Below, piece by piece: positions 1 through 8,546 of a DNA stretch of 54,279 nucleotides. The position numbers and the translations under genes are program-made. Source of the DNA: a virus. Its lineage: Duplodnaviria; Heunggongvirae; Uroviricota; Caudoviricetes. The stretch lies in the IMG/VR virus record IMGVR_UViG_3300037466_003757, positions 118,680 through 172,958 of that record; one strand, 5' to 3'. The notes beneath the pieces were generated by a model. It worked only from the letters and a program-made list of their open reading frames with translations. It had not been told where the DNA came from and did not search any database. How positions within the stretch are numbered: position 1 is the first letter of the stretch; every line of letters begins with the position of its first letter.

Positions 1-243
1 CAGCATATCGCCGCCCATCCACGCGTCGACCACAGACTTGATGAACCAGACTTCGCGTAGTTCGTCTATAGCCGTTTCCAACTCGAATTCGTTCAGTTCG
101 GGCGCGTTCGCCTTCAACTCGTGCTCGAACACTTGCTTGATGAATGGGGTGAGATTGATCACGTCGTCGAGAACGGCGTCACCGTGCTTGGTCCGTAATT
201 CGGCCATGATCTCACGCATACGTTCGCCGATGTGTTTCGTCAT
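1..243 (-). CDS. Hypothetical protein, 3' end runs off the window
   Basis: ATG at 243 opens a stop-free frame to position 1 (MTKHIGERMREIMAELRTKHG...). An extended -10 promoter lies upstream at 370-379. Confidence 0.6.
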   Translation of the reverse strand, partial: MTKHIGERMREIMAELRTKHGDAVLDDVINLTPFIKQVFEHELKANAPELNEFELETAIDELREVWFIKSVVDAWMGGDML

Positions 244-296
244 GTTGATCGTCGTCTTTCTGCTCGATGTCTGCTGTTAACTGAGTGTTCGCTATC

Positions 297-604
297 GAGT
301 CATTTGTTCAATCTGAGTCATTTGTTCAATTTCAACTCGTACGGATCGAGATTTCGATAACAGAACGGTAACGTATCACGATTCCCTCAAAATTATAAAA
401 ACTCGAAATTTGGGCAGATTGGGATGGAAATATATTGATATTAATCTAGAATAATCATTAACTTAACTCGTATTCTTTAACGGTCTCAGACAGGGTCGTT
501 CGTACGTAGACTTGGAAATGAACAAATGAACAAATGAACAAATGACTTCTACGTCGTCTTTTAACGAAATCGTACCGCTCGGTCTGCAGTCATTTGTTCA
601 ATTT
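297..604. repeat. Iteron-like repeats around an AT-rich core; candidate replication origin
   Basis: GAGTCATTTGTTCAAT at 297-312 and 315-330; AGTCATTTGTTCAATTT at 588-604; inverted tandem (AAATGAAC)x3+AAATGAC at 516-546; AT-rich tract ~421-480; non-coding and next to the helicase/primase pair. Confidence 0.6.
370..379 (-). promoter_or_regulatory. Extended -10 promoter (GTGATACGTT)
   Basis: Matches the TG-N-TANNNT motif repeated in intergenic regions of this window; points toward the CDS starting at 243. Confidence 0.55.
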
Positions 605-610
605 CTCGCG

Positions 611-2101
611 TTAACTGGAGCCGAGCATAAACGTTCTGGATCGCTTGGACGAGTCGTTCGCGACTTCGATGACGAGACCTGTTTGCAGTGCGTAGTTCAA
701 CGCTTTGTCACGATACGGTCGAAGCGCTACAGTGCCCGGTGTCAGATCACTCAGAGACAACTTCGCATCGGGAGTCTGGAAACGTCCGATGATGAAATCG
801 AGAGTCTTCTTCATCTTGATGTCAACGATCGCGACGGTTTCCGCTTTCTCCGCCTCCTTTCGATGAGCAAGTCTGCGACCGGTCCGATTTTCTTCTTTCG
901 CTTCCTCGAATGCGATGTCCTTTTCCATCGCTTCGATGGTCTCTGCCGAGAATTTGTAGATACGGAGAGCCGTGTTCAAGTCGTCAACAGTCGGATCGAG
1001 TCTGTTATCGAGAAAAATTGCGACGAGATGCGCCAACTTCATGACCATAGTGGCTTTGTGCGCGTCTTTGTCAGGAATTTTGCCTTGCCGTCGTGAACGA
1101 CTGTGATTCGCCATGAAATCGAGATACTCTTGCGGTACTGCCGCACGTCGCGGTTTCACCGGTCGAGCACCGTTAGCTGCAGCCGCGACGGCATAATTCG
1201 GCTGATTGACCGGTTGATATACTCCGGCGCTGTCCATTCCTGGTGGAACGAGATTGCCGTGTACGACATCGATTGCCTCGGGACATTCGGCTCGTTTTTT
1301 ACCGCCGAGATTGTACGTTTTACGCATGTCAGCGAACAGAAATCGTTGAACGGTACCGTCGTTGACGTTTTTGCTGTTGAAGATCTGATGTGCGTGCACA
1401 GGCTGCAGATTGATGAGCGCGACGAATCGAAGCGAATAATTCTCGATCTCGATGAATCCCGCGCCACTCTTGGCGTTTACTGTGCCCAGTTCGGACGACT
1501 TGCCGTGAGCCAGCGAACGTAGAATCGACAGATGTCGACTGTCGCTTCGATTACTCAGCTTGCCGAGCGCTTCGCCCTCATCCATGTGAACGATCACGTT
1601 GTAAGCGGTTCGTACCGTGGATTGCGTTTTCTCGTCGTAGAACGCGCACATATCGCGAAGACCGGCAGGTTCGAACGTAGCCGTTTTTCGTATCTTGGTG
1701 GGAACACGAAGAACTTCCCAGACGATATCCCATAACGATGACTTGTCCAGACCGGTTTTTCCGTACAGCACGATGAGAATATCGAGCGACATCACGCCTT
1801 TACCGAGATCACCCGTCGTATACTCCGGTGGAATCGCACTCGACGTAATTGCGAGGCATACGCACAAAAGACCGAACGGAGGAACTTCTTTCGCAAGCGC
1901 GACGCGATACACCCACCACAGTCGCTCGTGGGATCGCCAGAAAGCGAGTTCATTTGGATCGGGAAGTATTTCGACGTCATCGACTACCGGGTAATATGCT
2001 GCGATCTCGGCGTCGAGCTTGTTTCGCTCATCGGCGGACAGCGGCTTCCAGTCGAGATCATCAGAAGCTGAGTTTACGGCATCGTCGGCCATGCGATACA
2101 A
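611..2101 (-). CDS. DUF3987-like P-loop protein, probable replicative helicase partner of the primase
   Basis: Walker A-like LYGKTGLDKS, Walker B-like IVHMDEGE, GTVQRFLF motif; directly downstream of the prim-pol gene. Confidence 0.7.
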   Translation of the reverse strand: MYRMADDAVNSASDDLDWKPLSADERNKLDAEIAAYYPVVDDVEILPDPNELAFWRSHERLWWVYRVALAKEVPPFGLLCVCLAITSSAIPPEYTTGDLGKGVMSLDILIVLYGKTGLDKSSLWDIVWEVLRVPTKIRKTATFEPAGLRDMCAFYDEKTQSTVRTAYNVIVHMDEGEALGKLSNRSDSRHLSILRSLAHGKSSELGTVNAKSGAGFIEIENYSLRFVALINLQPVHAHQIFNSKNVNDGTVQRFLFADMRKTYNLGGKKRAECPEAIDVVHGNLVPPGMDSAGVYQPVNQPNYAVAAAANGARPVKPRRAAVPQEYLDFMANHSRSRRQGKIPDKDAHKATMVMKLAHLVAIFLDNRLDPTVDDLNTALRIYKFSAETIEAMEKDIAFEEAKEENRTGRRLAHRKEAEKAETVAIVDIKMKKTLDFIIGRFQTPDAKLSLSDLTPGTVALRPYRDKALNYALQTGLVIEVANDSSKRSRTFMLGSS

Positions 2102-2237
2102 TTCTCCCGTCGAATGAGACTTGCGAGGACACCTTAGTTTTGCGGACCGGGGTGTCCTCGCTTTATTTATGTCGGTTGATCTTATATCATACGAAGATCA
2201 ACAACGAACGTCGATATACGAATTGACGTCGCCGTTT

Positions 2238-3725
2238 TTACGGCCAATCCGAATCCCACTGACTGCCGCTGGACGCCCAGTTGTCGCCCCAGATATCGTC
2301 CATCGGAATATCAGGAATGTCTTCGGTCGTAAAGCTGTCATCGATGCCGGTATTCCAATCGACATCGTTCCAAGCTTCACCGATATCGACCGTATTTGTA
2401 TCGGTCTCGACTTCGATTCCACCCGTCCATTCCGGAATATCGTCCCATTCGCCGGACGGAGTTCCGTACACATCCCCGGCGATCGTGATTCGTCCGGACT
2501 CGACATCGCCGCGAAGTTTCGCAATCGCATGTACGAGCATGCGTGAGATTTCGTCACGAGCTGCCATATCGACGGTCGTCGCACCGCCGCTCGATGTTCT
2601 CGCGTCCGCGTCGCGTTCGTCTAAAAGACGTTCACAGACACGTTGTGACGCCCAGTTGCCTCCGGGATTCGCCGGTTTGTTAGCGGCTGCGTCACCGGCG
2701 CATAGCCACAGAACATGCCATAACGCGTCACGCGTCGTGTCGTGACGAGAACCACGACGTCCAAATTCCGTGATGAATGTCTCGACCTTGCCTCGAATGA
2801 AGTCGTTCGGTTCGTCGTCCCATCCCGGTACGGTCGCCGACGCCCACATCATCGCTTCATCCAGATCCAACGCTCGATACGAGATTGTCCGAGGTATCGA
2901 ACCGCGAATCGTTGCGCCACCGCTGTCAGACGAACCCACGACTCGCGCACGCATTTTCTTATCGTGAACTGCCCATGTCTCCGGAGACGTCGACCACTCT
3001 TCGAACAACTTCTCTACGGATTCCATGCCCTTCGGAACCGGTGTGCCGTTCCATCGTGACAGACCGCTTCGGTACAGGTATTGCGTCCATTCGATCGGCA
3101 GAACCGGTAGTTCGTTCGGAGACACTGGCATTTCGTGCCATGGAACCACGTTCGGATCGTTTTCGTACATATCCAGGCGATCGGTCGGTCCGTACCAACG
3201 ATACGGCATGTCGTCGAGAACGGTCGGATAGCAGACTGCGATTCGTTCATGATATTGAATCGTTTCGATACCCGGAGCTGGCGCACTCAAAAACTTGACG
3301 AGTTCTTCGCCATCGGCTTGTACCGCCCATGCGGGAAGCTGGAAGAGATAGATACCGGTACGTGTCTCACCGAACGACATCTGCGGTCCGCGACGCGTCG
3401 ACATCCACGTCGGTGGGAGAATGCCGAGTTCGTTTTCCAGACGAGTGAGTTCGGTACCGCCGCGTTTATCGGTATCGTCGTCACTTTCGCCCGTTATATA
3501 CGTATCGATATCAAGTCCGATAACGCCGAGTGGAACCGATAATGCGATCGGATCATTTTCACGAACCGTTGTCAGCCATTGTTCCATCTGTTCGTTTGTC
3601 GGACGTGAATGTCCCGAATGTCCGCGAACGGCTGGCGCTTTAGTTTCTCGCTTTACAGTGAGCGGAAACCAGCCTCTACGCCATAATTCTCGTGTCGCAT
3701 CTATTGACGAACCGAACGATGTCAT
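2238..3725 (-). CDS. Bifunctional DNA primase/polymerase (prim-pol)
   Basis: N-terminal RGWFPL...KAPAVRG...WL...VIGLDID and STRRG...GIYLF, typical of bifunctional prim-pol domains; acidic Trp-rich C-tail. Confidence 0.8.
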   Translation of the reverse strand: MTSFGSSIDATRELWRRGWFPLTVKRETKAPAVRGHSGHSRPTNEQMEQWLTTVRENDPIALSVPLGVIGLDIDTYITGESDDDTDKRGGTELTRLENELGILPPTWMSTRRGPQMSFGETRTGIYLFQLPAWAVQADGEELVKFLSAPAPGIETIQYHERIAVCYPTVLDDMPYRWYGPTDRLDMYENDPNVVPWHEMPVSPNELPVLPIEWTQYLYRSGLSRWNGTPVPKGMESVEKLFEEWSTSPETWAVHDKKMRARVVGSSDSGGATIRGSIPRTISYRALDLDEAMMWASATVPGWDDEPNDFIRGKVETFITEFGRRGSRHDTTRDALWHVLWLCAGDAAANKPANPGGNWASQRVCERLLDERDADARTSSGGATTVDMAARDEISRMLVHAIAKLRGDVESGRITIAGDVYGTPSGEWDDIPEWTGGIEVETDTNTVDIGEAWNDVDWNTGIDDSFTTEDIPDIPMDDIWGDNWASSGSQWDSDWP

Positions 3726-3932
3726 GTAAATCTCCCGTCATCGGGTCTGTGTCGGTGTCGTGTCGCATTTCGCAAAAACGTAACTCAATGAATCAGAGAT
3801 TTACGTTTTTTCACGAACGCGATACGATTGTAACGCCTTCCGAACGTCCCAGCGAACGTTTAGCGTTCGAGATTTCGATCGCTAGATTCGATAGCTGGAT
3901 CCGTGCTGGAGGCGCCCTAGAAGCATGCTTCG

Positions 3933-3942
3933 GTGATACTGT
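3933..3942 (+). promoter_or_regulatory. Extended -10 promoter (GTGATACTGT)
   Basis: TG-A-TACTGT in the divergent intergenic region upstream of 4025. Confidence 0.5.
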
Positions 3943-4024
3943 AATCGCGAAGTGACTACTAGACCTGCAGGTCCGTGTACGTGTGCGAGACGAGCAGCGA
4001 CGATGACGATGACGATGGAGCGAG

Positions 4025-4729
4025 GTGCAACACGTGCGTGACGATGAAAGGAAACCCTTTCCGGAGATCAAGCCGGCGCGGGGGTATTTCCCAGGCGATA
4101 CCAGAAATTCTTCGAATAACGCGAATTCTGTCACTGCGCACGTGACAGTTTATGGCAACAATACGTCCCCTGTGCCGGGTGGACCCGATGTCCGAGAAAT
4201 CGATGATCCGCGTGAACCACGTCGGTATCAACTTCGAGATGATCGTAAGAAAGTTGCGTTCACGGGTATTTGTCTCGCAAGTATTTCGAGTAAAAGGACC
4301 GGTGTTCAGCGATGGACTCAGGTCAGTATTTTTCGAACCGAAGCGGGACGCTATATCGTCGAGCGTATCGGTGTCAGTGTCGTCGCGCATCGTATTGATT
4401 GCGACAATGTAGCGAACAAAAAACCGTACGGTATCGATGCGCTCATGCCAGACGAAGCGCCCGTATCTGAACGACAGCCGTGCAATATCTGTAAACCAGA
4501 TATAAAGGAGCTTCTGCGTACGGATCCAGCATCGTTGACGTTCGAACAAGACAAGCATCGAACTCAGATCTGGGAACGCGCGGACGACATGGTGGGTTCA
4601 CTGTATACCCAGCGAACGTCGCCCGGACAACGTGCGCTCAGCGGTCTCATGTTGTGGGTGCTGGACGAAGCGTCCAAGGTGGACCCGATCATCTCCGAAG
4701 TCTACAATCGGGTGGAAGAGATCGGTTGA
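4025..4729 (+). CDS. Hypothetical protein
   Basis: 234-aa ORF, first gene of the rightward block; contains C...CxxC. Confidence 0.7.
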   Translation: MQHVRDDERKPFPEIKPARGYFPGDTRNSSNNANSVTAHVTVYGNNTSPVPGGPDVREIDDPREPRRYQLRDDRKKVAFTGICLASISSKRTGVQRWTQVSIFRTEAGRYIVERIGVSVVAHRIDCDNVANKKPYGIDALMPDEAPVSERQPCNICKPDIKELLRTDPASLTFEQDKHRTQIWERADDMVGSLYTQRTSPGQRALSGLMLWVLDEASKVDPIISEVYNRVEEIG

Positions 4730-5403
4730 CGGTGGATCACATCGATATCGAAGCCATATTCGGATTGAAACCGGCTTCAGAAGCTAGTGACAACTTAGTC
4801 TCCCAGATTTCGTTGATCACCGGTCGTAGCTTTAGTACAGTTCACAAGAGTGTTGATCTGTACGGTACAGTTCATTACGAGTTCGATCGTTCTGCGACAT
4901 CCTTCACGTTCGAAGAACTGTACAGTCAGTGCAAACACAGCGGTATCGTTATTCATACACATCCATCGATCGCGTGTACGCCTCCGTGCGCCGTCCATCA
5001 ACCAACCGATCACAACATGCGCGATTGGGAATTGGCGATGGGCGAGAACATGGCACTGTATCGGATCTGTCCGGAACATGATATCCCGCATCCGGATCCC
5101 GATCAGTTCGCGCATTGGACACGAACCGGTGAAATGCATCTGAAGGAACATGACTGCTGTGGTTGCTGTCACAAACGGGCAGTGATCTTCGCCGACACCA
5201 ACATAGAAGGCCAGGAATTCCGTCATCGAATCGGTCTGCCACGCGCACGAATCTATACGCATGCGGAGAGCATCCGCGGACTTGCTGCGAGAAGCATTAT
5301 TCCGCGCGTAGCGTTTCCGTATCCTTTGACACCGATGTCGACACCTACGAATCTCAGCGGTCTTCTGGAGATGTGGGCGTACGTTCGGATGATGACACCG
5401 TAG
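4726..5403 (+). CDS. Hypothetical His/Cys-rich protein
   Basis: TTG start overlaps the upstream TGA (TTGA); IHTHPS, CAVH and CCGCC motifs. Confidence 0.65.
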   Translation: MTVDHIDIEAIFGLKPASEASDNLVSQISLITGRSFSTVHKSVDLYGTVHYEFDRSATSFTFEELYSQCKHSGIVIHTHPSIACTPPCAVHQPTDHNMRDWELAMGENMALYRICPEHDIPHPDPDQFAHWTRTGEMHLKEHDCCGCCHKRAVIFADTNIEGQEFRHRIGLPRARIYTHAESIRGLAARSIIPRVAFPYPLTPMSTPTNLSGLLEMWAYVRMMTP

Positions 5404-5413
5404 GTCCAAAGGG

Positions 5414-5442
5414 TTTACAGAGTCGTTCCGATGTGATACATT
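5414..5442 (+). promoter_or_regulatory. SigA-type promoter TTTACA-17-TACATT with TG extension
   Basis: -35 at 5414-5419, -10 at 5437-5442, 17-nt spacer. Confidence 0.7.
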
Positions 5443-5519
5443 AGTTTCAACGGGTTAACGAGGACACGGAGTCCCAGCCCCCACGGGGAGTACAGTCGCC
5501 CGTTACGAAAGGAACGATC

Positions 5520-5882
5520 ATGGAGTACACCAAGGTTCTCGATTTCCAGCGCGCTCTGAACGCCGTTCACCAGCGTGACAAGCGGAACGCTCTGCATGTC
5601 TCCTACGCCGAGATCAAGACGCTCGTCGAGCGCGGTCAGGAGATGCTCGAGGAGATCGAGTCCGACGGCAACGAGGACATTACGTCGGCTGCCACCGCGT
5701 CGCAGAAGAAGCGCGGTATCGACGTCTCCGAGCAGGACGGAGTGGACGCGTACTCGTCCCGTTACTCCGGCACCTACGCGGATCGTTCGGTCACCGTTCC
5801 GGACTCGCCCGCCGAACTGGACGACTCCGACGCGGACGACGGTTTGAGCGACGACGAGAACACCGCTTTCCCGCGGTACTGA
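5520..5882 (+). CDS. Small acidic early protein
   Basis: AAAGGAA RBS, high-GC3 codons, own promoter and downstream hairpin; acidic C-terminus. Confidence 0.75.
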   Translation: MEYTKVLDFQRALNAVHQRDKRNALHVSYAEIKTLVERGQEMLEEIESDGNEDITSAATASQKKRGIDVSEQDGVDAYSSRYSGTYADRSVTVPDSPAELDDSDADDGLSDDENTAFPRY

Positions 5883-5891
5883 CTCCGTCAC

Positions 5892-5924
5892 GAACGCCCT
5901 CGCACACCACGTGCGGGGGCATTC
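5892..5924 (+). terminator. Hairpin, probable intrinsic terminator
   Basis: GAACGCCCTCGCAC-ACCAC-GTGCGGGGGCATTC immediately after the stop at 5882. Confidence 0.55.
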
Positions 5925-5929
5925 GCCTA

Positions 5930-5958
5930 TTTACACACTCGTACTAGTGTGATACGAT
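5930..5958 (+). promoter_or_regulatory. SigA-type promoter TTTACA-17-TACGAT with TG extension
   Basis: -35 at 5930-5935, -10 at 5953-5958. Confidence 0.7.
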
Positions 5959-6003
5959 ACGTTTAAGGAAACGAACGCTGCTTTCCACGACAGGACAGGA
6001 CAA

Positions 6004-6747
6004 ATGACGAAACGACGAATCAACAAAAATATGGCGAGCATCGCCTATCGGGATCACCGGGACGCTCAGAAGGCACTCAACCGTAAGGTCGCCATGGGCG
6101 AGATCGAGGATACCATCGACGAGATTTCGATGATCCAGGCGACCTCGACCGGTCTGAGTCTCGCACTCGCGATCACACCGGAGCACCCGTACTGGGAGCA
6201 CGGACCCATCCATATCTTTCAGGGCGATATCACCGATCTGCCGATCAAGTTCGACGCGATCGTGAACGCCGCCCGTCCCTCACTCCTCGGTGGAGGCGGA
6301 GTCGACGGAGCCATTCACAAGGCGGGCGGACACGCCATCGTGAACGAGATCCACGATCTTATCGACAGCGGCGAGATCGAGACTCCGTTCCGTTCGGGCG
6401 AAGCGGTCATCACGAACGCCGGGCGGATGCGTACCGACTACGTCATCCACGTCGTCGGTCCGGTCTACGACAATCGGGACGATTCCGAACAGTTGGTCCG
6501 GAAGCAGACCGATCTGTACAACTCGTATCTCGCCGCGATCGAACTCGCCGAGAACTGGAATCTGAAGCGTATCGCATTTCCGCTCATTTCGTCCGGCTCG
6601 TACAGCTGGCCTCTCGACGACGCGGCGAATCTCGCGGTTCGTGCCGTTCTCGACTCGGAGACCATGATTTCGGTGACGTTCGTCGCGCGTACCAACGAGA
6701 CGTTGATGGCGATCGAAGACGCGGTTACGCAAGTACTGCAGTTCTGA
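6004..6747 (+). CDS. Macro domain (ADP-ribose binding/hydrolase) protein with N-terminal extension
   Basis: IFQGDIT...DAIVNAA..SLLGGGGVDGAIHKAGG, GEAVITNAGRM...VIHVVGP, IAFPLISSG. Confidence 0.9.
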   Translation: MTKRRINKNMASIAYRDHRDAQKALNRKVAMGEIEDTIDEISMIQATSTGLSLALAITPEHPYWEHGPIHIFQGDITDLPIKFDAIVNAARPSLLGGGGVDGAIHKAGGHAIVNEIHDLIDSGEIETPFRSGEAVITNAGRMRTDYVIHVVGPVYDNRDDSEQLVRKQTDLYNSYLAAIELAENWNLKRIAFPLISSGSYSWPLDDAANLAVRAVLDSETMISVTFVARTNETLMAIEDAVTQVLQF

Positions 6748-6797
6748 TCAACCGAACACTTCGATTCTCGTCGTACGTATAACGTACGGCGAGTTTC

Positions 6798-6807
6798 GTG
6801 ATACTAT
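6798..6807 (+). promoter_or_regulatory. Extended -10 promoter (GTGATACTAT)
   Basis: Motif match upstream of the kinase-TS operon. Confidence 0.6.
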
Positions 6808-6858
6808 TACCTGTGCGGGACGCGCACAACTCATCACGAAGAATAGGGGAGTGAGTAC

Positions 6859-7659
6859 GTGCCGATCGTAATTCTCGAGGGTTGTGACGGGGCCGGCAAA
6901 ACAACTCTTGCCGAAGAGATTCAAGATGTCTGGTTTCGGATCAAGCAACCGGAAGACAATCGAATCCCGCAAGTGACGACAATTCATTTCGGACCGCCCG
7001 ATCCGATAACGTCCGACGAAACTCTCGAAATGTACGGAGCACGACTTCGAAAACGACTTCTTCGTGATATCGAGGCATTCGATCACACCGATTCGACCAA
7101 ATTACTTATTGTCGATCGGCTTCACATCGGATCGTACGTGTACGGTAATCTGTTCCGACCCGAGACATCGGTCGGCGGATGGGGCGAACTCGGACGTGAC
7201 GGTCTGTCGTACGTTGACGACGCATACGCTGCCAAAGGCGCTGTCATGGCAATTCTTCTTCCCGACGCCGGTACACTCGTTCGTCGCTCAGCATCGCGTG
7301 TGGACGAGTTCCTCGATTCCGTTTCTTTGTCCGTCCCCGGCGACAGTAACGCTGCATCGGAACGTGCACGGCAATTGGTCGAGATTGCGACTGCATACGA
7401 GGTGTTCGTTCGGATGTACGGCAGCGATTACGCCACGTACCGTCGAATCGGACATCCGTATTACACGGATCCGGAACGTAATCCCGGATATCCCGACATC
7501 GCTTACGAAACGGACGTCAAACTGGTCGCTGCTGACATTGTTGGACGTGCAATCGATGCAAGTCTCGATGTCGCGCGAAACGAGGCAGACATTCTGGATC
7601 CCGACGGATCGATCAGACGAGCAATCGCCGAAGACCGATTGAAGATGGAGAAGGAATGA
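6859..7659 (+). CDS. Thymidylate-kinase-like dNMP kinase
   Basis: IVILEGCDGAGKTT Walker A; IVDRLHIGSYVYG (DR motif); overlaps the TS-like gene. Confidence 0.8.
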   Translation: MPIVILEGCDGAGKTTLAEEIQDVWFRIKQPEDNRIPQVTTIHFGPPDPITSDETLEMYGARLRKRLLRDIEAFDHTDSTKLLIVDRLHIGSYVYGNLFRPETSVGGWGELGRDGLSYVDDAYAAKGAVMAILLPDAGTLVRRSASRVDEFLDSVSLSVPGDSNAASERARQLVEIATAYEVFVRMYGSDYATYRRIGHPYYTDPERNPGYPDIAYETDVKLVAADIVGRAIDASLDVARNEADILDPDGSIRRAIAEDRLKMEKE

Positions 7660-8546
7660 AGGCTTTCGAATTCGACAACGCCCACCAGGGATTTCCGAAG
7701 CTTCTCGATTATGTCCGTCTGAACGGCGTCGAGCGTCCGAGTCGTGGTGGATCCATGTACGAAGTCGAGGACGTCACCGTTTCGTTTCCTGCGGGACCGC
7801 GGTACGAAGTACCGGTACGTAAGGGCAGCGCACCGTTGATCGGATATATGGAGGGCGCACAACTCGTCGGAGCATTCGAAGCGAACGACGTCATGAAAAA
7901 GTTGTGGCCGAAATACTTCGATTTCTCCGACGGATACGGAAACTACGGCGCCCGTATGTCGAATTCGGATCAGCTTGCATGGGTTTTCTCGGAACTCAAG
8001 GACAATCCGGACACTCGTCGCGCTGTTGTCACGATGTGGGATCCGTCGATGGACGTTCCGCCGTCGCACATGGATCACCCATGCACGATCGGCATCATTT
8101 TTCGCGTTCGTGACGGATATTTGAACATGACGGTCACGATGCGTTCGCAGGATCTGATTCTCGGTCACGGACCAGATATCATTCAGTTCGGAATGCTGCA
8201 GCAGACATTCGCGACGGCGTTGGAACTCGAATGCGGTACGTATACGCATCACATGATCTCGTGTCATATCTATGAACGTGATATTCCGCAAGCGTGTCGA
8301 TTCCTGAACGAGTTGGATGTTACGCAAATTCGGGCGAAATACCACGACGAACCACAGACCATCGCACCGTTGAGTTGTCCCGGATGGACATTCGAGCAAA
8401 TTCAAAACGAAGCGAAGAAGTCGCTGACACTAAGCGAGAACGGCGACAAACTCGATCTCGAGTTCGGGACTCCGCTCGGTTTCTCGATTCATTCGAAAGC
8501 GCATCTGCGTCTGCTCAATATCGCGTTGAAGGACATTCGGAAATGA
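7656..8546 (+). CDS. Thymidylate synthase homologue, dCMP-modifying type (probable dCMP hydroxymethylase-like)
   Basis: DTRRAV, catalytic HPC, MRSQD...G...D and HIYE motifs; Asp (codon 8175-8177) at the position of E. coli TS Asn177. Confidence 0.8.
   Translation: MKAFEFDNAHQGFPKLLDYVRLNGVERPSRGGSMYEVEDVTVSFPAGPRYEVPVRKGSAPLIGYMEGAQLVGAFEANDVMKKLWPKYFDFSDGYGNYGARMSNSDQLAWVFSELKDNPDTRRAVVTMWDPSMDVPPSHMDHPCTIGIIFRVRDGYLNMTVTMRSQDLILGHGPDIIQFGMLQQTFATALELECGTYTHHMISCHIYERDIPQACRFLNELDVTQIRAKYHDEPQTIAPLSCPGWTFEQIQNEAKKSLTLSENGDKLDLEFGTPLGFSIHSKAHLRLLNIALKDIRK

Noticed and set aside
3787-3955. Possible 55-aa ORF in the divergent promoter region
   Set aside because: No RBS, and it overlaps the inverted repeat and promoter motif.
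7656-8546. Annotation as ordinary thyA
   Set aside because: Asp at the Asn177-equivalent position and the GT/dCTPase context argue against dUMP methylation.
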